64,000 nucleotides of DNA from Enoplolaimus lenunculus (Eukaryota): NCBI GenBank assembly GCA_030248215.1, contig JASANG010003765.1, positions 1 to 64,000 on the forward strand. The letters run 5' to 3'. The translations under genes and the position numbers were made by a program. Each line of letters opens with the position of its first letter. Positions within the stretch are counted from its first letter, which is position 1. The notes under the pieces were generated by a model that worked only from the letters and a program-made list of their open reading frames with translations, was not told the DNA's origin and made no database searches. Below are positions 18,901 through 32,400 of this stretch, piece after piece.

Positions 18901-21900
18901 CGCCCGAAAATGCGGTGTCGGGTACAAACGTAATGCGAGCTGGTATATACTGTTTGTCCGTTGCAAGAAGCGTACATTGTATACCGTTTTCTATAAAGTC
19001 CTCAGCGATTCTTGGCAGCATTAGCTTATCCATTTAGAGCGAGAAAATTGTACCGAACTATTACCTTTAAAACCATTTGAAAAGTAGCAATTTTTTGTTC
19101 ATTGAACGCGGATAAATACCGGTACAGGAGCCCCTTGCAGAGCGATCACTGTGAAACGCAAGACGTTCACTAAGGCGTGTGGCCATGTTATAACGGGTGT
19201 ACTGCAAAAAAACGTGAGCAGTGAATGGAAAAACATGCGAAAAGATGTGTGTTTTGATTAATGAATCAAAATTCGCGTTAACATTTCTTTATAATTGCCG
19301 TGACTACAAAAAATCATAGACACCATTTTTTATTCCGTTATTTATTGACCCTGCTCCGAATCTTTCTTCCGGTGGTCAGTTTTCAATCACTTGTGGTGTG
19401 GCGACCCGTATAAGAACAGAAGGAACGATATTTATTTTGCCTCATTTGAAAGTACTCCCTGCTTTCTGTTACAACTGTTATTTACTTTTAAAATTCACTT
19501 TATGTTAGTTGTACTCGACTGCCTTCATTTTATGGTTCTTCTTTGGAATAGAATCGGCTTGCGTCAAAGTTTTTGTTGATTGCCATGTCCGTTAATCTTT
19601 TTTGGATTAAATGAAGTTTATGTGGGTTGTCTTCGCGGAGCGTCTGTTAATATTTAAGCAGTCTAGCTCGTTTTTCTGCTTTGTCCTCTTCTACGGACTC
19701 TTGTTAGGAACATATGGATTGTATCCACTAACAAATCTGATTAGGAATACAAACTCCTATTGATTAAGACTCAAAATGGGGAACCCTCATATTCAGGTCA
19801 CTACAGTAATCGAATGCAAGGTATCGCAAGTAGCTTTAATGACTGGCTGTTGTTTATACTTGGTTCTAATTTTCACAGCTTATGCCCATTGTCTCAAATT
19901 ATAGCATCGTCTATCAGCAGTTGGTTATTGGTACTGGACATTTCGAAGCAGCCAATGGAGAAGTTAAAAATTTTTTATATTTTTTACATTTATTCATTGG
20001 TGCTTTTGGTGTCGTGGCGAGTTTGTCATTTGCAGCTGATGCCGTTCGCTTGTTAAAACACCTATTGCAAACTGGTGATGGGCGCAGCACAAACATAAGC
20101 ATACGGGCCTATGAATATGAAACTGGACAATCAAAAACTGTGCCCCATCAATAGCATATATATCCGGTTGTACGCTTTTGAAATCTTCATTGCGTGCAAA
20201 GTAGATATTTCAAATTGAGCTAAAAGCCATATATATATATGACTGTTCAGATTTTTCTGAAAATAAGTAGTAGCGAAACTATTCTTTTTTTTGCTATGGA
20301 TTCAGTTTGGTTCACGCAAGTGTACCACTTTTTCAACGTCGGGAGCGGACGCCGATATAGAAAAGATCGAAAATTGCTCAAGTCTAACTTTGTTTTCGTC
20401 AATTTTTTTCAACATTGCATAATACTTGACAATTTGTGTTCAGGCCCGAAGCTTGCTTACTTTGCTAGGGGGGCTGAAAAATTTTCACGAGGGGCACACA
20501 AGAGTTTGTTTTTACTTTACACGTAAAGTTGACAATTTTCTGTGTGGGGCGGGCGCAATTATTCCAAGAGCGGGGGGGGGGGACGCTAAGCCCCCTGACC
20601 GCCGGTCTGGCTATGGGCTCGTCGAGTTAAAAATATTTCGATCCTTGTACTATGTTTTTCTGCAATCTTTGGGTTAGTTTCGGCAGAGACTCAGCTGTTT
20701 AAAGTGTTTTATATACAATACTTCAATGAATGATTGATTAAGTTGTTAAATGCAACATTTGAAGTGCATTTTCTACGCAGAACAAACAAATGTCTATAGT
20801 CTGAAGTTTATGTTGGTCTTGGTACTCAAGGTTAAGCATGTTAGCATCCAAATTCAGGTATTTGACGATTTTATGCAACGGCGTCAAAACCGGACGTTAA
20901 TAATGAATGTTAATTTCAGGTATTTTTGTTAAAAATAAATATAAATTTTATCCCAAAGCTCAACTGAAAACTTATTGACCGATCAAAAAGTATTTTTAAA
21001 ATTTTTGACAACTACAGCTATACGTGAAAAATCTCGATTATGCAGATAAAACCGTAAATACAACTTTCTGCCGTATTACCGAAGCATCTCAGTCACACGT
21101 TATGGCGGATTAAAGGGCCGCCCACCACGCAACGCAGTCGTAGGCCCTTTAAATGAGATCAAAATCAAAATTTGGATTAATATTCAGTACTGAAACCGCG
21201 TTTGGCTTGTCGCTCGATTGGTGTGCGAGCTGTTTTTTAAATATATACAACTCGGTATCCGCTATCAGAAATTTCAGCATCCTCCGCTGTCCATAGACCA
21301 TGGCGCTCGCGGCCCGACAACATAAACCGCTTAAACGCGTACACTTGTAAACATTTTTCGCGACTCTAGAGTTTGCTGTTTGAAGATGCCTTTCGCAAAT
21401 ATATTCATGACGTGTAAATATGCTCGACCCTTATATAAGCAGTCTAATATGAGCGAACCCAGAACACAATTTTACAGGTTGGGATTTGCGGAACCTATGC
21501 GATAACGCATATAACCGCACAACTGATGCCGCCGGATTCGCAGCATTTTTCAATTTTGTATTTGTCAAATGCGTTTGCTTGGTAGTGAAAAAGCACCCAT
21601 TGAACCACTGCTGTATCCACCGGTCTTTTACGCTAAAAACCCCTAAATATACACAGAAAGCACATTAATACTTAAAAGTTTTTAGTTTTGACTTTTTTTC
21701 TCGTTGTGCTCACACTACTGGTTTCCGGAGTGTCGTGCGAAAACCACTGAGAGAAACTGCGCAGTTTTTAGATTTTTATTACTGTCGGCAGTTCACCAGA
21801 ATATATACATCTTCTAGATATACATATACGTCTGCGTCTGGTATATCTTCCGTTGTGTCGTTTATTGTACCTGGTTGCATTTTGCCAGAGGCCAATTGAG

Positions 21901-23627
21901 CTTTTATGATAGCCGAGGTTATGCGCCATATATACCTAAACCTAGCGGTACACTTTCAAATTCAAAACAGAGTTTTGTTTGGTGAACCTCAAATATACAG
22001 CGTAGAATAAAACGCATGCGATGAACAGATATTTTAAGAGGTACTGGAACCAATGAGCACTTTACGAATAGATGAGTACGATATACATATAAAGCAAACG
22101 GAAGCTGTCTTGCCTTAACGTTGGCGTATTGTAGTACTTCGATGTCGACATAATGCAATGCATTTTTTTGATGTGACTTTATTTTTTGATCATAAAGCAC
22201 TTTTACCATGATTTATTTAGTATCCGAGAAGTGGTTGGTCAATTAGTGCAGGATTCGTATTTAGAAAAAAATTGAAGTGGGATTTCAGATTGAAATTCGC
22301 AAAACATACTGAATAATGTAAAGGAGTGGCACGCCTAAAGGACAACCTTTTTTGACACTTACAATAGTTCAACGGTGGATTCTTATGCACTAGGTAACCG
22401 CATGATGTTGTTTTTGTGAAAATAAGCTCGGATACAAGAACCGGCACTGATCGATATGTTGAAGCGTACGGTCTACTGCTACGCCTGATTCGTAGCATTT
22501 TTTTTACATATTTGACCATTTTTAAGTAATTCCAAGCGGGGTTCACGGGCACCAAACCAACCCCCTTTGGATCCGACCCTGATAAATGATTTGTTTATGC
22601 GTCCCTAATTAGGTTGGCTGTGACAGAACGTGTTCAGTCTGTAATAAAAAGTTTAGGCATGAAGTGGATGTACGCAAAATGAAATGTTTTGCACAAGGCT
22701 GTGAGTCTTTTATTTTTGCGTTTTGAGGTTATAAAATTTTCTGCAAACGTATAACCTAATGACAAAAATTTCGGTCAATCTTGTCGGCTTTGGTATAGGC
22801 CAGTAGTTTCGCGCTTCAGGTCACACGTTAACGGGTGCCAGACGTTCACACGTTAGTTTTAGTTTCAAAAGTGAATGGTGTAAAATTTCAGTTCCAGTTT
22901 ATCTAGGTACATCCTTAAAAGTTATATTTTGGGGGGAAGGCACCGAATAACTTTAAGAGGTCCTACAATTGCAATTCAAGATTGTTTGCATTTAGACCAA
23001 ATCTATTTAGGGGAGTACGAGCCAAATTTGGGGAGAGGTAGGCATGCGGAGACCACTGATATCTGTCCATTGCGTTTTGTAATTATGTCAAAAAAACTGG
23101 AACGGTTCTCAGTCAGCAAAAATACCTTACGATTTATTTAAATTTAATAAACAGTGATCGGTAAAAATTACCAGGTCCGCAATAGAAGTTTACAGGGCTG
23201 TTGTTGAAATTTTGACCACGGAATTAACGATGTCTGTTAGGGGCATCGCCACTCCTACCCGTATAGGCGCGATACAAAAATTTTTTTTCAACCTTCACCT
23301 TTTTTTGAAACATAATTTGCTTGATTCGTTTGCGGTTGGGTGATTACATTTTTTAAAAGAAAATGCGAATCCTATATTGGCTCTCGCCATTCAGATACGG
23401 GCTCTCAGTCCAAATTTAGCCCTTATTACGCCAGAGATTTTGAACCTGCAACATTAATTATAACTGAACCTAACGCTTAGCCTAGTCTGAACTAAAGCAT
23501 AAACTTCTATTTTAACGGCTTGCAAGTCCACGAATAATCTGTATGTTTCTGAAACCAGTTATTGGAGGGCCATACATAGGAATGAGTCTACAAATTTTTT
23601 TATGATATAACTTTGGTAATAGTTTTA

Positions 23628-24067
23628 CTATTGTGACCCGCGTAAGAGGGGGCGGGGTAATAAGGGAGTCCGCATTTTGAGTCCCATTCCATAAATATCC
23701 GTATTCCTAATAAGTGTCCGTAACCGAATTCAGTCCCTAAGCTGTAATTAGAGTTCATAATTGTCAATTATCCCTAATTGTAGTGCAAAAATGACTCGAG
23801 ACCCAAATATAGTTGAGTTCGAAACCTTCAAGCATACTTAAGTTTTGAAAGTACATTCCTAAGTATAACCTAGCATTATCACTCAAGCTTTCGATATAAG
23901 ACAAATAAACGTTTAATGCATCGGCTAGTTGCAATACCAGATATATCACTAAGAAAGGCTTGCGGAGGGCGGGTTAAAAATAAATAACATTCCGTTACCA
24001 AAATAACGGGGGTCCCTCTGTAGAGGCCAAATAAATATCAGTCCCCCTCTTATCCGGGTCACTACAG
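23628..24067 (-). mobile_element. TA-flanked MITE (CTGTAGTGACCCG TIR family)
   Basis: TA|CTATTGTGACCCG ... CGGGTCACTACAG|TA; an inverted homolog of 24384-24825. Confidence 0.8.
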
Positions 24068-24383
24068 TACTCTTTCTGAGCCTAAACCGTTGTAACAACT
24101 GAGCAACTTTGTCAAGAACTTCACAATAAATTTATTTGCATTCGTTGTTGCTCCGAATTTAGGCTTATTTTTCTTACACAACAGTTGTTACTGCCACCCT
24201 CGCTGTGGTCAGAGTTTCATTCTTCGCTGATTTGTGAGTAGGATACAATTGAATTAAGCATTGGTAGACAGAAGCAACACGAAGTTTTATCAAATTTTGA
24301 AGTTTGGATTTTACTAAGCAGTAACTGTAGATATCAAAAGTAACAAATTTGGTGAAAGAAGGTTGGCGTTGTGTATTAACCTA

Positions 24384-24825
24384 CTGTAGTGACCCGAATA
24401 AGAGAGGGGACTGATATTTATTTGGCCTCTCCAGAGGGTGCCCTGCTTGTTATTCGGTTACGGACTGTTATTTATTTTTAACCCACGCTCCGCCGCCCTT
24501 CGTTACTGATATATCCGGTACTGGAATTATCCGTTGAATTAAACGTTTATTTGTCTTAGTGTCAATAGCTTGGGCGATAATACAAGATTATACTTAGGAA
24601 TGTACTTTCAAAATTTACGTACGCTTTAAAGTTTCGAAGTCTACTTTATTTGCTCCTGGAGTCATTTATACGCTACAACTAGGGATAATTGACATTTATG
24701 AACTCTAATTAGGGCTTAGGGACTCTATCCGCTTACAGACTCTTATTAGGGATACGGACTCCAATTGATTCGAACCCAAAAAGGGTACCCCCTCTTATTA
24801 CCCCTTCTTATTCGGGTCAATACAG
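24384..24825 (+). mobile_element. TA-flanked MITE (Tc1/mariner-like TSD)
   Basis: TA|CTGTAGTGACCCGAATAAGA ... TCTTATTCGGGTCAATACAG|TA. Confidence 0.85.
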
Positions 24826-25249
24826 TATAGTGAAAATAGCGGAGGCGGAACCCGAATGTTTAACTGCAAAACTTTAAAAGACGTTTTGTTATTATGCGAC
24901 TATAATTGGTGTGTGTAAATATTAAAGCAGGTCAGCTAAAATTTTAGATAACGAATGCACTCAAAATTTTAAAAATTCTGGTTAAATTTTGTTATTTTTA
25001 TTTCGCATCGGACAATTGCAACATATTTGTATGAAAATGGTTACACGATTTTTAAGTGATTTATGTGTCATCTACTCTTTAGCTGCGCCCACCGTATAGA
25101 AAATAGCAAAGCCTATTTCTCTACTTCTGCTTCAAAAGAGCCAACAAAAGACATTGAGTGAGTAAAATTCTGGCAAACGGTAAATTACAGCAATTCTAGC
25201 GATTTTTTACAGTTAACAATAAACAATCATACATACCTGCGTTTACCTT

Positions 25250-25635
25250 CCTGATATTCGGTTACCGACTGTTATTTATTTTTAATCCGACCTCCGCCGC
25301 CCTTCGTTACTGATATACGTCCGGTGTTGCAACTGTCCGTTTAATTACACGATTATTTGTCTTGTATCAAAAACTGGAGCGATAATGCAAGGTTATACTT
25401 AGGAATGTACTTTCAAAACTTAAGTATGCTTTAATGTTTCGAACTCTAACTTTATTTGGTCCTGGAGTCAGTTATGCACTACAATTAGAGATAATTGACA
25501 GTTATGATTTTAATTAATTTTTAGGGACTGTGTTCGCTTACGGACGCTTATTAGGGATACGGACTCCTATTGATTTGGACTCAAAATAGGGACCCCACCT
25601 CTTATTATCCCCTCCTCTTGTTCGGGTAACTACAG
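25250..25635 (+). mobile_element. 5'-truncated copy of the same MITE family
   Basis: Colinear similarity to 24450-24825, ending in CGGGTAACTACAG|TA. Confidence 0.8.
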
Positions 25636-28600
25636 TACTAATAGCAATGATTTGCTTTCAAAAAATACGTAGCAATTTTAAAATCAGTTATTGTATAATG
25701 CTTTTAAATTTAAGTTTTTCAACCGCATTTCAGTTTGACAATGAAACTCTCTACTGAACGCAGCCTGTAGTCAAGAGAGAGGCTGTGGTCTTAGCCCCCT
25801 GGAAAATTTTTGACCCCTAGAAAATTTTCTACCGTGCCTGTCAGTCAACAAACCCCTTGTATGCTCCACCTGAAAATTTTAAACTCGCTAGTAAGGTGAG
25901 CTGGCTGTGATCCTGACTGAACGTAGTAGCAGAAAGCAGGAACAACAGCTTTTTGAGAAATATTCGAGCCTTCGATTGTATTATAATCGGGAACATTTAA
26001 ACTCATCAGCCTGACAAAACACAATACGAACATATTAAAAACTACTGAGCAATGACAAAATATTAAACTGTATGATTACAATAACGACTCAGCAAATCTG
26101 TTAAAGATAATATTTATATAATTTCAAATTTTATTCAAATTCAACATTTTGTTGAGCTGATTAGGAATTCTAGCTAGTTGGCTGGCTACAACACGTAAAC
26201 GTTACCGCCGAAATATGTGTCCCAATGGTATATTAGTTAGATTTGTAAGCTGTAAAAATGAACGCTTTGACCACTAATACTTAATATAAATTTAACTTTT
26301 GTCTGGCGATATTTATGTGCTCCTGTAATACCTATAAAAAGAACACGAGATCAGTATCACAACGGTTTTAACTTGGAATAGCTAGTTTCAACGTAGAATC
26401 ATGAGCTTACTAGCTAGCTACATAAACTGTTTTAAAAAGTTTAACATTACCATTTTTTAAATTTAAGCATTTATATGGTGCGTTCATCTTTGTACATTTT
26501 AGTTTGATATTTCTGTTTTTATGCTTTGTATCAGAGATGGATAAAGCCGGTTAAAATGGCTGCTGAAGGTTCCCTTATTTCTCAATTTCTGCCTAGTATT
26601 CTTTGGAAAAAATGACTAATTATTTTTAAAAAATATTTTGCTCAATAATTGATCACTAGGCCTAGGATATATTTTTACATTGCATTCTTTATACTTTGTG
26701 CCGCAATAAATTATTATGCAACATACTTTACAAGTTTCGTTAGTTTTACTTTCATAAAATGTTACAAATGTTGTTTTGAAATAGACCTCTCGCCAATTGT
26801 TAACAGTTCTCTGCTAGCATGTTATCCTTGTTATCCTTTTCCGGACACGAATTCGGTCAATATTCATCCAATTCAGAACAGATCAACGGAAATGTATGAT
26901 TTAAGCCGCAAGTTTTTACTGTTTATCTGTGCTTTTTGCTTGCAGTTAAGTGTTTTACGTTGGTTTTGAGTTTTACAGTCAAGAATACTTACATTATTCT
27001 TTCACTTATGAGCAAATTTACGATGAAGGTCGCAGGCGCGTTGCCAGGATCTTCAATTGGGAGGGTTCTAGTTAACCTTTAGATATCGTAATGGTTATCG
27101 TTTGAAGAATTCGCGAACGAAGCTAACTGAAAGCTTAACCCGTGTGAAACGTGTGAAAAACACAACCTCGCAAATGAACGAGCATGAAGCTAGACGTAAG
27201 TTTAGTATAGATGAAATACCTTTCTAACAGTGGCAAAACGTTTTTTGGTTCATGATTTGGGGTCTCGGACCAACCTATCCCCTGCCCACAAAGCAAATTA
27301 AACTTGTGCAATTTTGTCTAAACTTGAAAGCTGCGTTTTTTTGTAATTTTACGAATGGTTTTATCAGAATTATTACCAGTTTTCCGGAAGCACACAGGTA
27401 AGTCAGATTTGAATTAAGTTTATCAAGTTTAGAATTCATCGAGTATGTTTGCTTGTTCTTGGTGTTATTACGAGCTTGGCGCGTTAAGTACCGGTGCTTT
27501 GTTACAAGGATTGTTCATAAAATGCAAACTAACCGTGGCTATTGAACTCGTACCTATCTTGAAGCTTCGGTGTACAATCCTTGCTTCGATAGCTGGAAGA
27601 AATAGTCTACGCCACGCGCCGAGTTAATATTCTGGCTTTTAGGCCTTTATACACTGTACTAACAACTGCCACTGTTATTTTCTGTATAAACAACGTCCTT
27701 TGATTTATTTATAAAACCAGCGGTGCCGCTGGTGAAGTGTGATCAATATGCCGTGTCAAACATTAAATGTTGTGTGGTTTAGATTTTAGAACGTTGCCTT
27801 TCAAATCCGCAGCAACCAATAAAATACTCGTCAAAGTGCTTGTAAGATATGCAACTCATGCATTTTAAAAAATACAACACAAACATTGCTCGATGCAGCA
27901 GATTATACGTTGGCAGCAATGTCTTGTTCTCGTTTTTGTGTCATTCATGTCTAAATATGAAACCGATTAATTGTATGAATTCAATGATGCTAAGTGTGAT
28001 TGGAATTTTGATTTAAAATTTGGCCAATACTGCTAATTTTGAAAAGTTGTGAACTAGTTTAGTTTATTAGTTTATGGCTAACATCGACGCAGGCCCGTAT
28101 CCAGCTTACCTTGCTACGTTTGTGTGGCTAAAAGTTTATCAGGAGAAGTATACAAGCGTTTTCGATGTATACAAGTAAGGGTGAAAAATTTCTACGAGGG
28201 CTAAATTCTTCCAGGGGTTCTGAGCCGCCCTGGCTCTCTCTCCCTCTCTGGCGACGGACCCGCATTGACATTCTCTGCGATTACACGACCTAAAAATTGA
28301 CTGACGGGCCGAGGTTATACACGCACTACTCTAGGCTTAGTATCTTGAGGTGGACAGCAAAGAAAACTTATTAAAATCTTTCGAATCGGTCCGTTGCGGT
28401 AGCCAAGAGGGTCAGACTCAGCTTTTTACGCGACTATTTGCCTTTCTATTTATCTTCGTCTTTCAAAGTTTTTGCGCCGTTTGGAAATAATGCTCAATTC
28501 CCACATCGAGACCTTGAAACTTTTGGTCCCTTTTAAACATTTTGGGTTGGCCATATCTCAATGGTCCTAGCGTTCTTGGATTTTAGAAATATACCGCTAG

Positions 28601-31600
28601 TATGGCTGAAGTTTTCACCACATCGCATCTTTTAGACCACATCTAGTGGCCCTATGGCAATACAATATTGTTCTTCGCTTGCTTATTGTAAACAAGATAC
28701 ATTTTGTTCAAAATCCATGGCTGTAAACAGATTAATCAACTTTTGCATCGTTTATTGCGTCCAATAGCAGATACAGAAATTTTTGACCAAGGGCGCATTA
28801 CATATGGGGTGAAAAACTCGTGAGCGAATCAGGCAAGCAGTCAAACGCAATTTTCGTGGTGCAAAAGTAGAAATCTGAAAAATAGAATTTTACCACGCGA
28901 GGGAGAAGCCAAACGCTATTTTTGGAACACAAAGCAACAATTCTAAGGTTGAGGCGTTGCCAATTTAATACGCCCTTGATTGCATCACAACAGTAAGAGT
29001 AGCACATGGCACAGCATATGATTTAACAAAATTTTTGACTCACGGTGCCCTACGGCGCCGCGCGCTAAGCATAGCGCCACACTAAGTCTTCGTGTGAGAG
29101 TAGATACTGCCAAAATATGAAATATACAATTCGAAAACTTCGGGGCGAAGTGCATAGTGTTCCCGAAACAGAATTATTTTTCAGTTTGCATAGTTTTTAT
29201 ATTCTAACTGTCCAACTTTGTGGACGAAACGTATCCGACGGAAGCAGATGAAGGTGGGGGCTAAGACCCCCCGTAAAAACTAGAAAATCTTACTTGTTGA
29301 TCCTGTGAAATACTTACATGCACTTCGAGAAATTTATTTAGCTGCTCTAGCAAGTTGAGCTGGCTACGGATCGACTTTGGAGCCCTTGGCATACGTATCC
29401 ATCCGAAACAGTGTTGTTTATTTCGATCAGTAAAACACGATGGGGTGACCGCAGTAAAACGATCCTTGGCACCACCCGCGCACGTACAAGTGCGTGCACT
29501 TGATGAAATATATAACATTACTTTTCAGGTTGTTCTTTTCATTCCAGTCCTAACTGTCGGAATAAAAACACGAATACCAACCACTACAGACAACGCCACA
29601 CTGACCCGTGTGTTGTCTTTTGGGCTGCCCCCAATGGGTCGGCCGTCTATAATATTCATCCTAACCAATCTTTTCTCGAGCGTTCACGCTGTTGTGGGAG
29701 AGTGAACGATAGCCGACGGCAGTTTGGTTATTCAGTAAAATCCATGAGTGTGTATGTATGTATATATTAAATATATATATAATATATTATATATAATATA
29801 TATGTATATATATTTAAGTATATATGTATCTTATTCATGCATAGAGGTACCTCGTCAATATTGGAGTTCTAGTACAAAATAATTCTTATACTGTTACACC
29901 ACAGATAAGCGGCTGTCACAGTCTCGGTTGTGTATATTTGTATATGAACCGGTATTTTCCTGGGTCTTTTCGCCGATGGCTGGGAGTGTCTGAATATTTG
30001 GCAGCAAAAAAGCTAAGAAATACCGGACACTCACACACGACTATATTGATATCGTGCATGAAGTGTGTGTGCGCGTGCATAGAAGAGTTTGTTGAAACAA
30101 ATACAATAAACACGATCGCTAGCGTTTGAAACCTGTATGCGTAGCAGCTTCATGGTACACCGGCCGGTGTAAGAGGGGTAATCAGTGTGTTCAGAACGAT
30201 TCAAATATCCCCCCCTGGCAACGTTTTAGAGCGTTGGTGTTGCGATATCAACCGCATGCCCCTGCGAAATTTATTTTGACCGACAGTATGTTGAACCCGA
30301 TACGTATATAGGGATTAGTAAACCGATGGACAAGACTATGTTATGCGATGTTTATTGGATACGCCGCTTTTGCAATGTGTGGCGCCTGCTTTTTTTTTTG
30401 AAAACCGTTTAAAAGCTGGAGCGTATCATCATTAATATAACTCGACCCATACCCGAATAAAAGCGATATTGTCATTCAACTGACACGCAAGCAGCAATCA
30501 TAAGCTGTTCTAATTATACGCATGGTAAAAACTGTATTTTAAATACAGTCGTTGCCCGCCATACGCTGGCAAAATTTCGTTCCGACCGGATATAGGTGTT
30601 AAACGTAGGAGGTTTTTGAATCCATTATTGCAGCAAGCGAAAATTTTGAACTCTACACGTTAATTGGTTGATTATAATTTTAGAACATGTACTTATTGAA
30701 GCAATGCTTGAAATTTCGGCCATAGTAGTTTGAGCCCAAATTCAAAAATTCGTTTATCGAAAGCAGGTATAACAATTAAAATTAAAAACACCCAAAAACT
30801 GAAAACTCAAACTTTGCGTAAGGGGCATATGCTTTGCTAAAAATAGTACGCTTCTTTCTAGTGTAATGGATTAGCATTTTAATGTCTCGAATGTAAATAA
30901 AGTATAACGAAAGCAACCTGATGCGTTTTGAGTAAACGAAATTTCATATATCCTCATCAAACGAATTATGAAACAAATAATCAGCCGTTGAGTAAAACAA
31001 TTGACGTAACAGTAAATATTGCAAACCCATCGTGCATTATCTATTCGGTCTATTGTTCATTTACGTTATTGAACAAAATCCTTGAATAAAAGCCTTTTTC
31101 GAAGTATATATATTGCTGGCTCAAATATTGCAGCTAATTCCCGAGTGACTTTATTCAGTACAAAACATTTATTGTCGTTTGAAAAAGACAGAGAAGATCG
31201 GTGTCATCAAAAACACTTATCGCACACTTGTATCCAACGTTACGTTACAGTTCGGTGTGGTATATAAGCTACGGCCCACAGACTTGTCGAAGGCAGCTTA
31301 ACATATTAGCAAAAGCCATAAAATCCAGAAATGACATATCTTTTTACGATCAACTGTAAACATTCTGAAGCGGGTATTAATACAGTGACAGCTCAAAACC
31401 TAATTTTTACGTCAGATTAAGTTCGTCCTCGTCTTTTTTCGCTGAAAACCGCCGGATAGTAAAAGTAGTCCGCTTGTGGACATGAACACAAATTTGCACG
31501 TATGTCCTTAAAGAACAGAAATTTATATGTATGTATATATGCTTTGAATTATATGTCTATAGCGCTGTTTTTGTTTACTTTGCCCACAATCTTTAACCCT

Positions 31601-32214
31601 AAGCTTGAGTCCAAATCTAAGCCTAATTCTGCTTTAAGCTTGAGCATAAGTTTAGATCCACATCAGAAAATTTCGAAACCAAAAGGGCAATTGTATGAGC
31701 CTATACTAAAAATATAAATAATATATAGATAAGTACATATGTTCTTCCTAAATATATATGTAAAGTTTTATATATAGGTAGGTATGTGTGTAGCAAGTAT
31801 AGGAATAACCAGTGTCAATTGAACAAAAAACTCGCATGCACATGCTTCTTATAATTCGACACATTCGCTCTTGCGTTATCGCTAACAGGAAAGCGTTTGT
31901 TCTAAACACACCGGGACGTGGTCAAAATTTCATTTCGGGGGACTTATATCCAAGGAGTTGCAGCTTTTTGGACCGAGCAGAGCGGGCACGAACATTTTTC
32001 AAATTCTAAAATCCACAATGTTATCCTAAAGTATGGCAATTGTTTGTGTTTTAATAACGTTTGAAAAAGATCCGAACGCAATCTTCGTATTCATTGACAG
32101 CAAACATTTTTAGGTTTACGCTTGAGTTACCCCGTCTTTTGTAGAGTTTGCTACGAGCATCCCAACGGATTATGTATACGTGAAATATTATTAGTCAGTG
32201 CAGAGTTAAATAAT

Positions 32215-32400
32215 TTCAACGTGTATGGCGTAGTGCACAATACAAACTAGACGTGAGAGCGCCCCTTGGGCTCGCGCGTCAACGTGTTATAGTTAAGTAG
32301 CGATGGTAAAACGCCTTCAACTCCAGTCTACGCGGTTGAAATCTTCGCGTCAAATTTAATTTCAAACGAAACAGAAAATATTCATGTGAGAAAGGGTTAA
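32215..32400 (+). mobile_element. Partial copy of the piggyBac-type MITE at 39122-39384
   Basis: Shares the 3' end aaacagaaaatattcatgtgagaaagggTTAA and the internal gggctcg.gcgtcaa motif. Confidence 0.7.

Noticed and set aside
17400..22600. Short ORFs and splice-like signals suggesting a hidden gene
   Set aside because: I could not build a phase-consistent exon chain or recognise a domain; a divergent gene or lncRNA is not excluded.
29261..29518. Minus-strand ATG...GTAAGT segment (MPRAPKSIRSQLNLLEQLNKFLEVH) resembling a first exon
   Set aside because: No downstream exons or homology could be identified.
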